The position numbers and the translations under genes were made by a program. The notes under the pieces were generated by a model, which worked only from the letters and a program-made list of their open reading frames with translations, made no database searches and had not been told where the DNA came from. Shown here one piece after another: positions 1 to 15,200 of a DNA stretch of 64,000 nucleotides (position 1 is its first letter; each line of letters starts with the position of its first letter). Source of the stretch: the human T2T-CHM13v2.0 reference genome, Homo sapiens; assembly GCF_009914755.1 (NCBI RefSeq), contig NC_060940.1, one strand, 5' to 3'.

Positions 1-3000
1 AAACTGTTCTATGATTCAGCAGACTGGGAACCCTTTTTTGCAGAATGTGCAAAAAGACCTTTTGGAGACCATTAAGGCCTAAGGGGCAAAACCGAATATC
101 CCAAGAAAAAACTAGAAGGAAGCAATCTGTGAAACTGCTTTCTGATGTGTGGATTCATCTCACAGAGTTAAAACTTTCTTTTGATTTAGAAGGCTGGAAA
201 CACTTTTTTTTAAAAATCATGTGAAGGGACTGTTTGGAGCCCATTGAGTCCTAGGGGGAAAAATCTGAATACCCCAGAAAAAAATAGAAAGAAATTATCA
301 GTGAATCTGCTTTGTTATGTGTGGATTCATCTTACAGAGTTAAGCCTTTCTATTGATTCAGCCGCTTGGAAACACATTTTCCTTTTTAAGAATCTGTGAA
401 GGGATATTTGGGAGCCCATTGAGCCCATTGAGGTAAAACTGAATATCTCCAGATAAAAACTTGAAAGCAGCTGTCTCTGAAATTGCTTTGAGATGTGTGG
501 ATACATCTCACAGAGTTAAACCTTTTGTTTTTTTTTTGATTCAGCAGGTTGGAAAACCTCTTTTTAGAGAATCTGCAAAAAGACATTTGGGAGCATATTA
601 AGGCCTAAGGGGAAAAACTGAGTATTCCAAGTTAAAAACTACAAAGAAATTATCTGTGAAACTGCTTTTGATGTGTGGATTCATATCAGAAACTTGAACT
701 TTTCTTTTGATTCTGCAGATTGGAAGCACTCTTTTTGGAGAATCTGCGAAGAGACATTTGGGAGCCCTTCGAGGCCTATGGAGAAAAATTGAATACCCCC
801 AGATAAAAACTAGCAAAAAGCTCTTTGAAACTGCTTGGTGATGTGTGGATTTATCTCACAGACATAAACTTGTTTTTTTGATTCAGTGTTTTGGAAAAAC
901 TCTTTTTGGAGAATCTGTGAAGGGACATTCTGAGGCCTATGGAAATAAGCAAAATATCCCAGAAAACAAATAGAAACTAGCCATCTAGTGAAACTGCTTC
1001 GTGATATGTGGATTCATTGCACAGAGTAAAACCTCTCTTTTCATTCAGCAGGTTGGAAACACTTTTTTGGAGAATCTGCAAAGGGACACTTTGAAGCCCA
1101 TTGAAATCTACAGCGAAAAACTGAATATCTCCAATAAAAGTTAGAAAAAAGCTTTCTGAGAAACAGTTTGTGATGTGTGGATTCATCATAAACAGCTAAA
1201 ACTTTCTTTTCATTCAGAAGGTTGAAAACACTCTTTTTGGGGAATCTGTGAAAGGACATTTGGGAGCCCATTGAGGTCTATGGAGAAAAACCAAATATCC
1301 CCAGATAAAATTAGAAAGAAGCTATCTGTGAAATTACTTTGTGATGTATGGATTCATCTTCCAAAGTTAAAACTGTATTTTGATTAAGCAGGTTGGAAAC
1401 ACTCTTTTGGAGGATATGTGAGGTGATATTTGGGAGCGCTTTGAGGATCACAGGAAAAACCAAATATTCCTATATAAAAACTAGAAAGAATCTATCTATG
1501 AAACTGCTTTGTGATGTGCAGATCCATCTCACAGAGGTAAACCTTTCTTTTGATTCAGCAGGTTTTAAACAGTAGTTTTGGAGTGTCTGCAAAGAGACAT
1601 TTGGAAGCTTTTGGGGGCCTATAAAAAATTGAATTTCCCCACATAAAAACTACAAAAAAGCTATCTGTGAAACTACTTTGTGATGTGTGGATTCATCTCA
1701 CAGAGATAAACATTTCCTCTCATTCAGCAGGTTGGAAACACTCTTTTCAAAGTATCTGCAAAATGATATTTCAAAACCCATTGAGGCCTTGGGGGAAAAA
1801 CAGAATGTCCCCAGATAAAAACTACAAAGAAGCTATCTGTGAAACTGCTTTGTGATGTGTGGATTCTTTGCACAGATTTAAATTTTTGTCTTGATTCAGC
1901 AGCATGGAAACATTTCTTTTGGAGAATCAGCAAAGGGACATTTGAGAGCTTATTGAGGCCTAGGTGGTAAATTGAATATCCCCCAATAAAAACTAGAAGC
2001 AATCTGTGAAACTGCATTGGGATGTCTGGAGTCATCTCACAGAGTTAAATCTTTGTTTTGATTCAGCAGGTTTGAAACACTCTTTTTGCAGTATCTGAGA
2101 AGGGACATTTTGAAGCCCTTAGAGGCCTATGGTGTAAAACAGAATAGTCCATGAATAAAACTAGAAGAAGCTATTTGAGCAACTGCTTCATAATGAGTGG
2201 ATTCATCTCACAAAGTTAAACTTTTTTTTGATTCAGCAGATTGGAAACACTCTTTTCAGAAAATCTGTGAGCCCACAAGGGCCTGAGGGGAAAAATCAAA
2301 TATCCCCAGATACAAAGCGGAAAGAAACTATCTGTGAAACTGCTTTTTGATGTGTTGATTCCTCTCACAGAATTAAACTTTTCTTTTTATTTAGCATGGT
2401 GGAAACACTCTTTTTGGGGACTCTGGGAATGCACATTTGGGAGCCCATTGAAGCCCATGGGAAGAAAATGAGTATCCCCAGAAAAAATAAATTAGAAAAA
2501 AGCTAGCTGCAAAACTGCTTTGTAATGTGTGGATTCATCTCACAGAGTTAAATCATCCTTTTTATTCAGCAGGTTATAAACACTCGTTTTGGAGAATCTG
2601 CAAAGGGACATTTGTGAGCCAGTTGAGGCCTACAGAAAAAATCCAAATATCCCCAGAAAAAAAGTAGAAAGAATCTTTGTGAAACTGGTTTTTGATGTGT
2701 GGACTCTACTCACAGAGTTAAATTATTCTTTTGATTCAGCATGTTGGAAAATCTTTTTGGAGAATTTGCAAAGCAACATTTTGAAGCCAATTGAGGCAGA
2801 AAGGGAAAAACCAAATATCCATAGATAAAAACCAGAAAGAAGGTATCCGTGAAACTGTTTTATTATGTGTGGATTTATCTCACAAAGATAAACCTTTCTC
2901 TTGATTCTGCAGGTTGGAAACACTCTTTTTGTAAAATCTAAGAAAAGACATTTGGGAACCCATTGAGGTCTAAGGTGTAAAAGAGAATAACCCCAGATAA

Positions 3001-6000
3001 AAACTAGAGAGAAGTTATTTTTGAAATTGCTTTGTGATGCGTGGATTCATCTCACAGAGTTAAAGGTTTTTTTTTCAGCAGGTTGGAAACGCTCTTTTTG
3101 GACAATCTGCAAGAGGACATTTTGTAGCCCATTGTGGCCTATGAAGAAAAATTGAATATCCCAGATAAAAATTAGGAAGATTCTATCTGTGAAACTGGTT
3201 TGTGAGGTTTGGATTCATCTCACAGAGTTGAAACTTTCTTTTAATCCATAAGTTTGAGAACACTCTTTTTTTAGGATATGTGAAAGGACATTTGTGACAC
3301 CTTTGAGGCTTATAAGGAAAAACTTAATATATCCAGATAAAAACTATAAAGAAGCTATCAGTGAAATGCTTTATGAGGTGTAGATTCATCTCACAGAGCT
3401 AAATCTTTCTTTTCAGGCAGTATGTTGGAAAAATTCTTTTTGTAGGATCTGCAAAAAGACATTTTGGAGCTCATTGAGGCCTATGGGAAAAAAATTAATA
3501 TACCAGACATAAACTAGAGAGACGTTAACTGTGAAGTTGTCTTGTGATATGTGGATTCATCCCACAGAGTTAAACATTTCTGTTGATTCAGCCAGTTGGA
3601 AACACTCTTTTTGGAGAATCTGTTATGGGACATTTGGGAGCCCATAAGGCCTATGGGGAAAAACCGAATATCCCCAGATAAAAACTAGAAAGGAGCTATC
3701 TGTGAAATTTTTTTTCATCTAAATTCATCTCACAGAGTTAATCCTTGCTTTTGATTCAGCTGGTTGGAAGTACTCTTTTTGGTGAATCTGCAAAGGGACA
3801 TTTCGGAGCCCATTGAGGCCTATGGGGAAAAAAACGAATATCTGCAGATAAAAACTAAAAAAAAAAAAAAGCTATCTGTGAAACTGTTTTGTGATTTGTG
3901 AATTTATCTCACAGAGATAAACTGTTTTCTTGATTCAGCAGGTTGAAAACCCTCCTTTTGGAGAATCTTCAAGGGGACAACTGAGAGATTATTGATGACT
4001 TAAAAAATGTATATCCCCAGATAAAAACTAGAAATAAGCTATCTGTGAAACTGCTTTGTGACGCGTGGATTCATCTTACAGAGTTAAACTTTTCTCTTGA
4101 TTCTGCAGGTTTCAAACACTCTAGAATCTCTGATGAAACATTTGGGACCTTTTTGGGGCCTATAAGGGAAAACTGAATATCCCAAAATAAAAACTAGAAA
4201 GAACATCTCTGTGAAACTGCTTTGTAATGCATGGATTTATCTCATAGAGTTAAGCCTTTCCTTTGATTCAGCAGGTTGGAAAAACACTTTTTGTAGAATC
4301 TGTGAGGGAACATTTTTGAGCATATAGAGGCCTAGAGGAAGAAAAGAATATCCTCAGATGAAAACTAGAAAAAAACAATGTGTAAAACTGCTTTGAGATG
4401 TGTGGATTCATCTCACAGAGCTAAACCTGCATTTGATTCTGCATATTGGAAACACTTTTTTTGAAGGATCTGCAAAGGGACATTTGGGAGCCCTTTGAGG
4501 CCTATGAAGCAAAACTGAATATCCTTAGATAAAAAGAACAAAGAAGCTATCTGTGAAACTGCTTTGTGGTGTGTGGAACACATCTGGGAGCACATTGAGG
4601 CATATGGGGAAAAACTGAATATGCCCATATAAAAACTAGAAAGAAGTTATCTGTGATCTACTTTGGGATGTGTGGATTTATCTCACAGAGTTCAATTTTT
4701 CTTTTGTCTTAGCAGGTTGGAAACACTCCTTTTGGAGAATCTGCAAAGAGATATTTGGGAGCCCTTTATAACCTATGGGTGAAAATCTAATATCCCAAGA
4801 AAAAAACGAAAATAAGTCTATCTGTGAAACTGCTTTTTGATGTGTGGATTCATCTCACAGAGTTAAAACTTTCTCTTGATTCAGCAGGTTGGAAAAGCTC
4901 CTTTTGGAGAATCTGCAAAGGAACAATTTAGAACCCATTGAGGCCTACAGGGAAAAATCCAATATCCTCAGATATAAACTAGAAAGAAGCAATTTGTGAA
5001 AATGCCATGTGATGTGTGGATTCATCTCGCAGAGTTACAGCTTTATTTCGATTGAGCAAGTTGGAAAAACTCTTTTTGGAGAAACTGCAAAGAGACATTT
5101 GGGAGCCCATGGAGCCCTATAAGGAAAAACAGAATATCCAAAGATAAAAACTAGAAAGAATGTATCTTTGAAACTTCTTTGTGATGTGTGGACTCATTTC
5201 ACACAGGTAAAGCTTTCTTTTGATTCAGCATGTTGGAAACACACTTTTTGTGGAATCTGCCAATGGACATTTTGGAGCCCAATAAGGCCTATGGGGAAAA
5301 ATTGAATAACTCCAGATAAAATCTAGAAATAAGCTATCTGTGAAACTGCTTTTGGAGTGTGGGTTCATCACACAGAGTTAAACCTCTCTTTTGATTCACC
5401 AGTTTGGAAACACTGTTTTTGTAGTATTTGCGAAGGGACATTTTGGAGTCCAGTTGAGGCCTAGGCAGAAAAATGAAATACCCACAGGTAAAAACTAGAA
5501 AGAAGCTATCTGTGAAACTGCTTTGTGATGTGTGGATTTATCTCACAGAGTTAAAACGTTCTTTTTATTCAGCAGGTTGAAAACACTTTTTTTGTAGAAT
5601 CTATGAAGGGACATTTGGTAGCCAATGGAGGCCTATGGGGAAAAACAATATCCCCAGATAAAAGCTAGAAAAAAAGCTATCTTTGAAACTGCTTTTTGAG
5701 GTGTGGATTCATCTCACAGAGTTAAACCTTTCATTTTATTCAAAAGGTTTGAAATACTCTTTTGGGAAAATCTACAAAGGGACATTTAGGAGCCCATTGA
5801 AATCTAGTGGAAAAGTCAAATATCCCCAGATATAAACTAGAAAGAAGCTATCTGTGAAACAGTTTTGTCATGTGTGGATTCATCTTACAAAGTTAAATCT
5901 TTCTTTTCTACAGTAGGTTGGAAACACTCTTTGTAGAATCTGCAAAGAGACATTTAGGAGCTCATTGAGGTCTATGGGGAGAAAACTAATATCCAGATAA

Positions 6001-8951
6001 AAACTAGAAAGAAGCTATCTTTGAAACTCCTTTGTGATGTGTGGATTCATCTCACAGTGTTAAACCTTTGTTTTGATTCAGAAGATTGGAAATACTATTT
6101 TTGTAGGGTCTGCAAAGTGAAATTTGAAGCCCATTTTCATCTAAGGGGAAAAAGCAAATATCGACAGATAAAAACTAGAAAGAAGCTATCTATGAAACTC
6201 CTTTGTGAGGTATGAATTCATCTCACAGTGTTAAACCTTTCTTTTGATTCAGCAGATCAGAAACACTTTTTTTGTAGTATCTGTGAAGGGACATTTCAGA
6301 GCCCATTGAGGCCTATGGGGAAAAACAGAATGTCCGCAGATAAAAACTAGAAAGAAGCTATCTGTGAAACTGCTTTGTCATGTGTGGATTCGCCTCACAG
6401 AGTAAAACCTTTCCTTTAATTCAGTAGGTTAAAAACCCTATTTTTGGAGAATCTGCGAAGGGACATTTGGTAGTCAATTGATGTGAATGGGGAACAACTG
6501 AATATCATCAGATAAAATCAAGAAAGAAGATATCACTTCCTTGTGATGTGTGGATTCAACTCACGGAGTTAAGCCTTTGTTTTTAATCAGCAGGTTGGAA
6601 ACACTGTTTTTGGAGAATCTGCAACATGATGTTTTGAGGCCCATTTAGGCCTTGTGGAAAAATCGAATATCCCCACATAAAAACTAGATAGAAGGTATAT
6701 GTGAAACTGCTTTTTGATGGGTAGATTCATCCAAGTGATTTAAATATTTCTTTTGATTCAACGGATTGGAAACACTGAAACGTTTGGGAGCCCTTTGAAG
6801 CCTATGTGGAAACATCAAATTTCTTCACATAAACACTAGAAAGAAGCTATCTCTGAAACTGCTTTGGGATATGTGGATTCATCTCCCAGAGTTAAAACTT
6901 TCTTTTGATTCAGCAGGTTGGAAAAACTCTTTTTGGGGAATCTGTGAAGGGACATTTGTGAGCCATTTTAGGCCAAAGGCAAAAAAAAAAAATCCACAGA
7001 TTAAAACTAGAAAGAAGCTATCTGTGAAACTGCTTTGTCATGTGAGGACTCATCTCACCAAATAAAACCTTTGTTTTGATTCAGCAGGTTTGAAACACTC
7101 TTTTTGTAAGATCTTAAGGGACATTTGGGAGCCCACTGAAGTCTATGTGAAATAAGCAAATATCCCCAGAAAAAAAAAAAAAAAAAACAGAAAAAGGCTA
7201 TCTTTGAAACTGCCTTGTAATATGTGGTTTTATCTTACAGTGTTAAACGTTTATTTTGATTCAGTAGGTTGGAAACACTGTTACTGCAGAACCTGCAATA
7301 GGCCATTTAGGAGCCCAATAAGGCTGATGTGTCAAAATTGAATATCCCCAAACAAAAAAAGAAGAGAAGCTATTTGTGAAACTGCTTTTTGATGCATGGA
7401 TTTATCACACAGAACTAAACATTTCTGTTGGTCCAACAGGTTGGCAACAGTCTTTGTGGAGAATCTGTGAAGGGATATTTTGTAGCCCATTGTGGCCTCT
7501 TGGGTGAAACAGAATATCTCCAGATAAAAAGAACAAAGACAAATTCTTTGAAACAGCTTTCTGGTGTGTGGATTCATCTCACAGAGTCAAACCTTTATTT
7601 TGATTCAGCATGTTGTAAACACTCTTTTTGGAGAACCTGGGAAGGGAGGTTTGGAAGCCTAAAGAGGCCTATGGGGAAAAACGGAATATCCAAAGATAAA
7701 AACTAGAAAGAAGCTATCTGATAAGCTGCTTTGTAATGTGTGGATTTATCTCACAGAGTTAAAAGTTTGTTTTGAGTCAGCAAGTTGGAACCACTGTTTT
7801 TGGAAATCTATGAAGGGACATTTGGGAGCCCTTTGAGGCCTATGGAGAAAAATCAAATATCCTCAGATAAAAACTAGAAAGAAGCTATCTCTGAAACTGC
7901 TTCATGATGTGTGGATTCAGCTCCCAGAGTTAAACCTTCCTTTTGAATCAGCAGGTTTCAAACACTCTTTTTGGAAAATCTGTGAAGGGAAATTTGGGAG
8001 CACATTGAGGCCTATGATGAAAAACTGAATATGGCCAGATAAAAACTAGAAAGAAGCTATCTGTGAAACTGATTTTGGATGTGTGGCTTCATCTCAGAGA
8101 GTTAAACTTTTCTTTTGATTCAGCAGGTTGGAAACACTCTTTTTGAAGCATCTGTGAAGGGATATTTGGAATCCAATTGAGGACTATGGGGAAAAAACAA
8201 ATATCCCCAGATCAAAACAAGAAAGAAGCTTTCTGTGAACCTACTCGTGATGGGTGGATGCAACTCACAGACTTAAATTTTCTTAGGATTCAGTAGGTTG
8301 AAAACACTCTTTCTGAGAATCTGCAAAGGGATGTTTAAAAGCCCTTTGAGGCCTATGGTAAAAACAGAAAATCTCCAGATAAAAACTAGAAGGAAGCTAT
8401 CTGTGAAACTGGCTTGTGATATGTGCATTCAAGTCACAGAGTTAAACCTTTCTTTTGATTCAGCAGGTTGGAAACACATTATTGGAGAATCTGCAAAGGG
8501 ATATTTGGGAGCTGATTAAGTCTATGTGGAAAAATTGAATGTCCCCAGGAAAACAACGGAAATGAGCTATCTCTGAAACCGCTTTGTGATGTGTAGATTT
8601 GTCTCACAAAGTTAGATATTTCTTTTGATTCAGCAAGTTGGAAACACTTTCTGGAGATTCTGCAAAGGGACATAAGGGAGCCCAATGAGGCCTCTGGGGA
8701 AAAAGTGATAATCCCCAATGAAAACTAGAAAGAAGCTATCTGTGAAACTGCTTTGTGATATGTGGATTCAGCACAGAGTTAAACGTTTTTTTTTTTCCTC
8801 ACCCTGTTGGAAACACTGTTTTTGGAGAATCTGTGAAGGGACATTTGAGGAGTATGGGGAAAAACAGAGTATTTCCAGATTAAAAACTAGAAAGAAGCTA
8901 TCTGTGAAACTGCTTTACAATATGTGGATTCATCTCACAGAGATAAGCTTT
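1..8951 (+). repeat. Monomeric alpha satellite, old layer (GTGGATTCAT / CTGTGAAACTG / CAGGTTGGAAACACTC type)
   Basis: Tandem ~171-bp units matching the alpha consensus (AAAACTAGAAAGAAGCTATCTGTGAAACTGCTTTGTGATGTGTGGATTCATCTCACAGAGTTAAACC...). Neighbouring monomers are strongly diverged, and no higher-order repeat or CENP-B box was seen by eye. Confidence 0.97.
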
Positions 8952-10719
<1,768 letters not shown>

Positions 10720-12200
10720 GATAAGCTTTGTTTTTCATACTGCATATTGGAAACACAATTTTGGAGAATCTGTGATGGTACATTTGGGAGCTAACTGTGG
10801 CCTAAGGATGAAAACGGATATCCCCAGAAAAAAACTAGAAAGAATCTATTGGTGAAACTCCTTTGTGATGTGTGGATTCATCTCACAGAGTTAAACTTTC
10901 GTTTTGATTCAGCAGGTTGAAAACACTCTGGTTTACAAATCTGCAAAGGGACATTTCAGAGCCCATTGAGTCCTATGGGAAAAACGGAATATCCCCAGAT
11001 GAAAAATGGAATCTGTCTGTGACACTGCTTTGTGATGTGTGAATTCATCTAAAATTTTTGAAACTTTCTTTTGACACAGCAGTTTGGAAACACTCTTTTT
11101 GGAGAATCTATGAAGGGTCATTAGGGAGCCTATTGAGTCCTAGGGAAAAAATTGAATATCCCCAGATAAGAACAAGAAAGAAACCTATCTGTGAAACCGT
11201 TTTGGGATTTGTGGATTCGTCTAACAGAGTTAAGCCACTCTTTTGATTCAGTAGGTTGGAAACACTTTTTTTGATAATCAGTAAAGGGATATTAGTAAGT
11301 CTATTGAGGCCTATGGGGAAAGAAATGAATATTGTTAGATAAAAACAAGAAAGAAGCCATCTTTAAAACTGCTTTGTGGTGAGTGGATTCATCTCACAGA
11401 ATTAAACCTTTCTTTTGATTCAGAAAGTTCTAAACACTTTTTTTGGAGAATCTGTGAATTGACATTTTAGAGCCCATTGAGGCCTATGGGGAAAAACTGA
11501 AAATCCCCAGAGAAAAACAAGAAAGGATCAATCGGTGAAACTGTGTTGTAATGTGTGGATTTATCTCACAGAGTTAAACATTTCTGTTGATTCAGCAGGT
11601 GGAAAATACTCTTTTGGAGGATCTACAAAGGGACATTTGGGAGCCCACTGAGGCCTATGGGGAAAAACCCAATACCCCAAGATAAGAACTAGAAAGAAGC
11701 TGTCTGTGGATATGCTGTGTGATGTGTGGATGAATCTCATAGAATTGTACCTTTCTGTTGATTGAGTGTGCTGGAAACACTCTTTCTGTAGAATCTGTGA
11801 AGGGACAACTGAAAGTCCATTGAGGCCTATGAATCAAAACCGAATATCTTCAGATAAAAAATAGAAAAGAGCTATTTCTAAAACAGCTTTGTAATCTGTG
11901 GATTCATCTCACAGACTTAAACCTTTCTTTTGTTTCAACAATTTGGAAACACTCCTCTTTGGAGAATGTGCAAAGGGACAATTGAAAGCCCATCATGGCC
12001 TAAGGGGAATAACAGAATATGCCCATATAAAAACTAGAAAGAAGTTTTCTGTGAAACTGCTGTCTGATGTGTGGATTCATCTCATGGAGAAAAACATTTC
12101 TTTTGATTCAACAGGTTGGAAACACTCTTTTTGGAGAAGTTGTAAAGGGGGTATTTGGAAGCCAAATAAGGCCTATGGTGCAAAAATATGTTCAGATAAA
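10720..12200 (+). repeat. Monomeric alpha satellite, old layer (continued)
   Basis: Same monomer signature as 1-8951, resuming in register after the L1 TSD. Confidence 0.95.
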
Positions 12201-15200
12201 AACTACAAATAATCTTTCCAAGAAACCGCTTAGTGATATGTGCATTCATGTTACATAGTTAAACCGTTCTTTTGATTCAAAAGTTTGGAAACACTGTTTT
12301 TTTTTCCATCTGTGAATGGGCATTTGGGAGCTCATTGAGGCCAATGAAAAAAAACAAATGTCCAAGGATAAAAACTTGAAGGAAGCTATCTGAGAAACTG
12401 CTTTATGATAAGTGCATTCATCTCTCAGAGGTAAACCCTTCTTCTGGCTTAGCAGTTTGGAAACAATGTTTTTGTCCATTCTGCTCATTGATATTTGGCA
12501 GTGCTTTGAGGCCTATGGTGAAAAAGAAAATATCTTCTGATAAAAATTACTAAGAAGCTTTCTGAGAAACTCCTTTGTGATGTGCTCATTCATCTCACAG
12601 TGTTAAACCTTTCTTTTAATTCAGCAGTTTGGAAACAATGTTTTTGTCCATTCTGTGAATTGACATTCAGGAGCTCATTGAGACCAATGGCAAAAAAGCA
12701 AGTATCTCAGAATTAAAACTAAAATGAAGCTATCTGAGAAACCTTTTTGTGATGTGTGCATTTGTCTCATCGAGTTAAACCTTTCTTTAGATTCAGCATT
12801 TTGGAAGAACTGATTTTGTAGTATGTGCAAATGGACATTTGGGAACTTATGAGGCCTATGGTGAAAAAGAAAATATCTTTTGATTAAAACTAGAGAGAAC
12901 TTTGAAAGAAATTGCTTTCTAATGTGTGCATTTATCTCACATAGGTAAATATTTCTTCTCATTCATCATTTTAGAAACACTGTTTTTGTAGAATCTGTAA
13001 AGGGATATTTGGGAGTGCAGTGAGGCCTTTGATGAAAATGAAAATATCTTCTGATAAAAACTAGAAAGAAGCTTTCTGAAAACTTGCTTTGTTCTGTGTG
13101 CATTCATCTGACTGAGTTAAACTTTTCTTTTGATTCAGCAGTTTTGAAGCAACGTTTTTGTCCATTCTGTGAAAGGATATTTGGGAGCTTATTGAGACCA
13201 ATGGTGTAAAAGTGAATATCCCAGGATTAAAAAATGCAAGGAAGCTATCAGAGAAACCACTTTGTCATATGTGCATTCATCTCCCAGAGTTAAACCCTTC
13301 TTTTGATTCTGGAGTTTGGAAACACTGTTTTTGTCCATTCTGTAAATGGACATTTGGGAGTGCATTGAGGCCTATGGTGATAAAGAAAATATCTTCCGAT
13401 TAAAACTAGAAAGATTCTTTCTGAGAAATTGCATGTTATGTGTGCATTCAAATCACATAGGTAAACCTTTCTTTATTCTGTAGTTTGGAAACCTTCCTTT
13501 TGTAGAATCTGTGGAGGGACATTTTGGAGTGCATTGAGGCGTGTGCTGAAAAAGAACATATCTTCAGATAAAAACTAGAATGAAGTTTTCTGAGAAACTT
13601 CTTTGTGATGTGTACATTCATCTCATAGAGTTAAAGCTTTCATTTGATTCAGCAATTTGGAAACACTGTTTTTGCCCATTGTACGAATGGACATTTGGGA
13701 GCTCATTGAGGCCAATGATGAAAAAGCAAATGTCCCAGTATAAAAACTAGAAGTAAGCTATGTGAGAAACTGCTTTGTCATGTGTGCATTCATCTCACCG
13801 AGTTAAACCTTTCTTTTCATTCAGCAGTTTGGAAACACTGTTTTTGTAGAATCTGTGATGGGATAATGTGGGAGCTCATTGTGGCCAAAAGCGAAAAAGA
13901 GAAAATCCCGAGACACAAACTAGAAGGATGCTGTCTGAGAAACTGCTTTGTGAAGTGTGCCTTCATTTTGCAGAATTAAACTTTTCTTTTGATTCAGCAA
14001 TTTGGAAACACTGTTTCTGTCCATTCTGTGAATGAATATTTGGGAGCTCATTGTGGCCATTGGTGAAAAAGGGAATATCCCTAGAGTAAAAGTAAAAGGA
14101 AGCTATCTGAGAAACTACTTTGTGATGTGCACATTCATCTCACTGAGTTAAACCCTTCTTGTGGTTCAGCAATTTGGAAACACTGTTTTTGTACATTCTG
14201 CAAATGGACATTTCGGAGTGTATTGAGGCCTGCGGTGAAAAATGAAATATGGTTAGCTAAAAACTAGGAAGAAACTTGATGAGAAACCAATTTGTGATCT
14301 GTGCATTCATCTCGAAGAGTTAAACATTTCTTTTGATTCAGCAGTTTGGAAACACTGTTTTTGTACATTCTGCAAATGGACATTTGGGAGCTCATTGAGA
14401 CCAATGTTGAAAAGGGAATGTCCCATGATAAAAACTAGAAGGAAGCTATCTGAGAAACTGCTTTGTGATGTGTACGTTCACTTCACAGAGTTAAGCCTTT
14501 CCTTTGATTCAGAAGTTTGGAAACTTTTTTTTGTACATTTAGCAAATAGACATTATGGAGTGCTTTGAGGCCTATTGTGAAAAAGAAAATATCTTCTGAT
14601 AAAAACTAGAAACAAGCTCTCTGAGTCACTGCTTTGAGATGTGTGCATTCACCTCACGTAATTAAACCTTCAATTTTATTCAGCAGTGTGGAAACACTGT
14701 TTTTATAGAATCTGCAAAAGGATATTTGGGAGTGCTTTGAGGCCTGTGGTGATAAAGAAAATATCTTCAGATAAAAACTAGAAAGAAGTTTCTGAGAAAC
14801 TGCTGTGTGCTGTATGCCTCCATCTCACAGAGTTAAACCTTTCTTTTGATTCAGCAGTTTGGAAGCACTGTTTTTCTCCAGTCTGAGAATGGACATTTGG
14901 GAGCTCATTGAGGCCAAAGGCAAAAAAGTGGATATCCCAGAAATAAAACTGGATGGAAGCTATCTGAGAAACAGTTTTGTGATGTGTGCATTTATCTGGC
15001 AGAGTTAAACCTTTCTTTTCATTCAGCAGTTTGGAATCCCTGTAATTGTGGAATCTCTGAAGGGATATTTGGGAGCGAATTGAGGCATATGATGAAAAAG
15101 AAAATACCATCCGATAACTAGAAAGAAGCTCTCTGAGAAACTTCTTTATTTTGTGTGCATACATCTCACTGAGTTAAACCTTTCTTTTGATTCAGCAGTT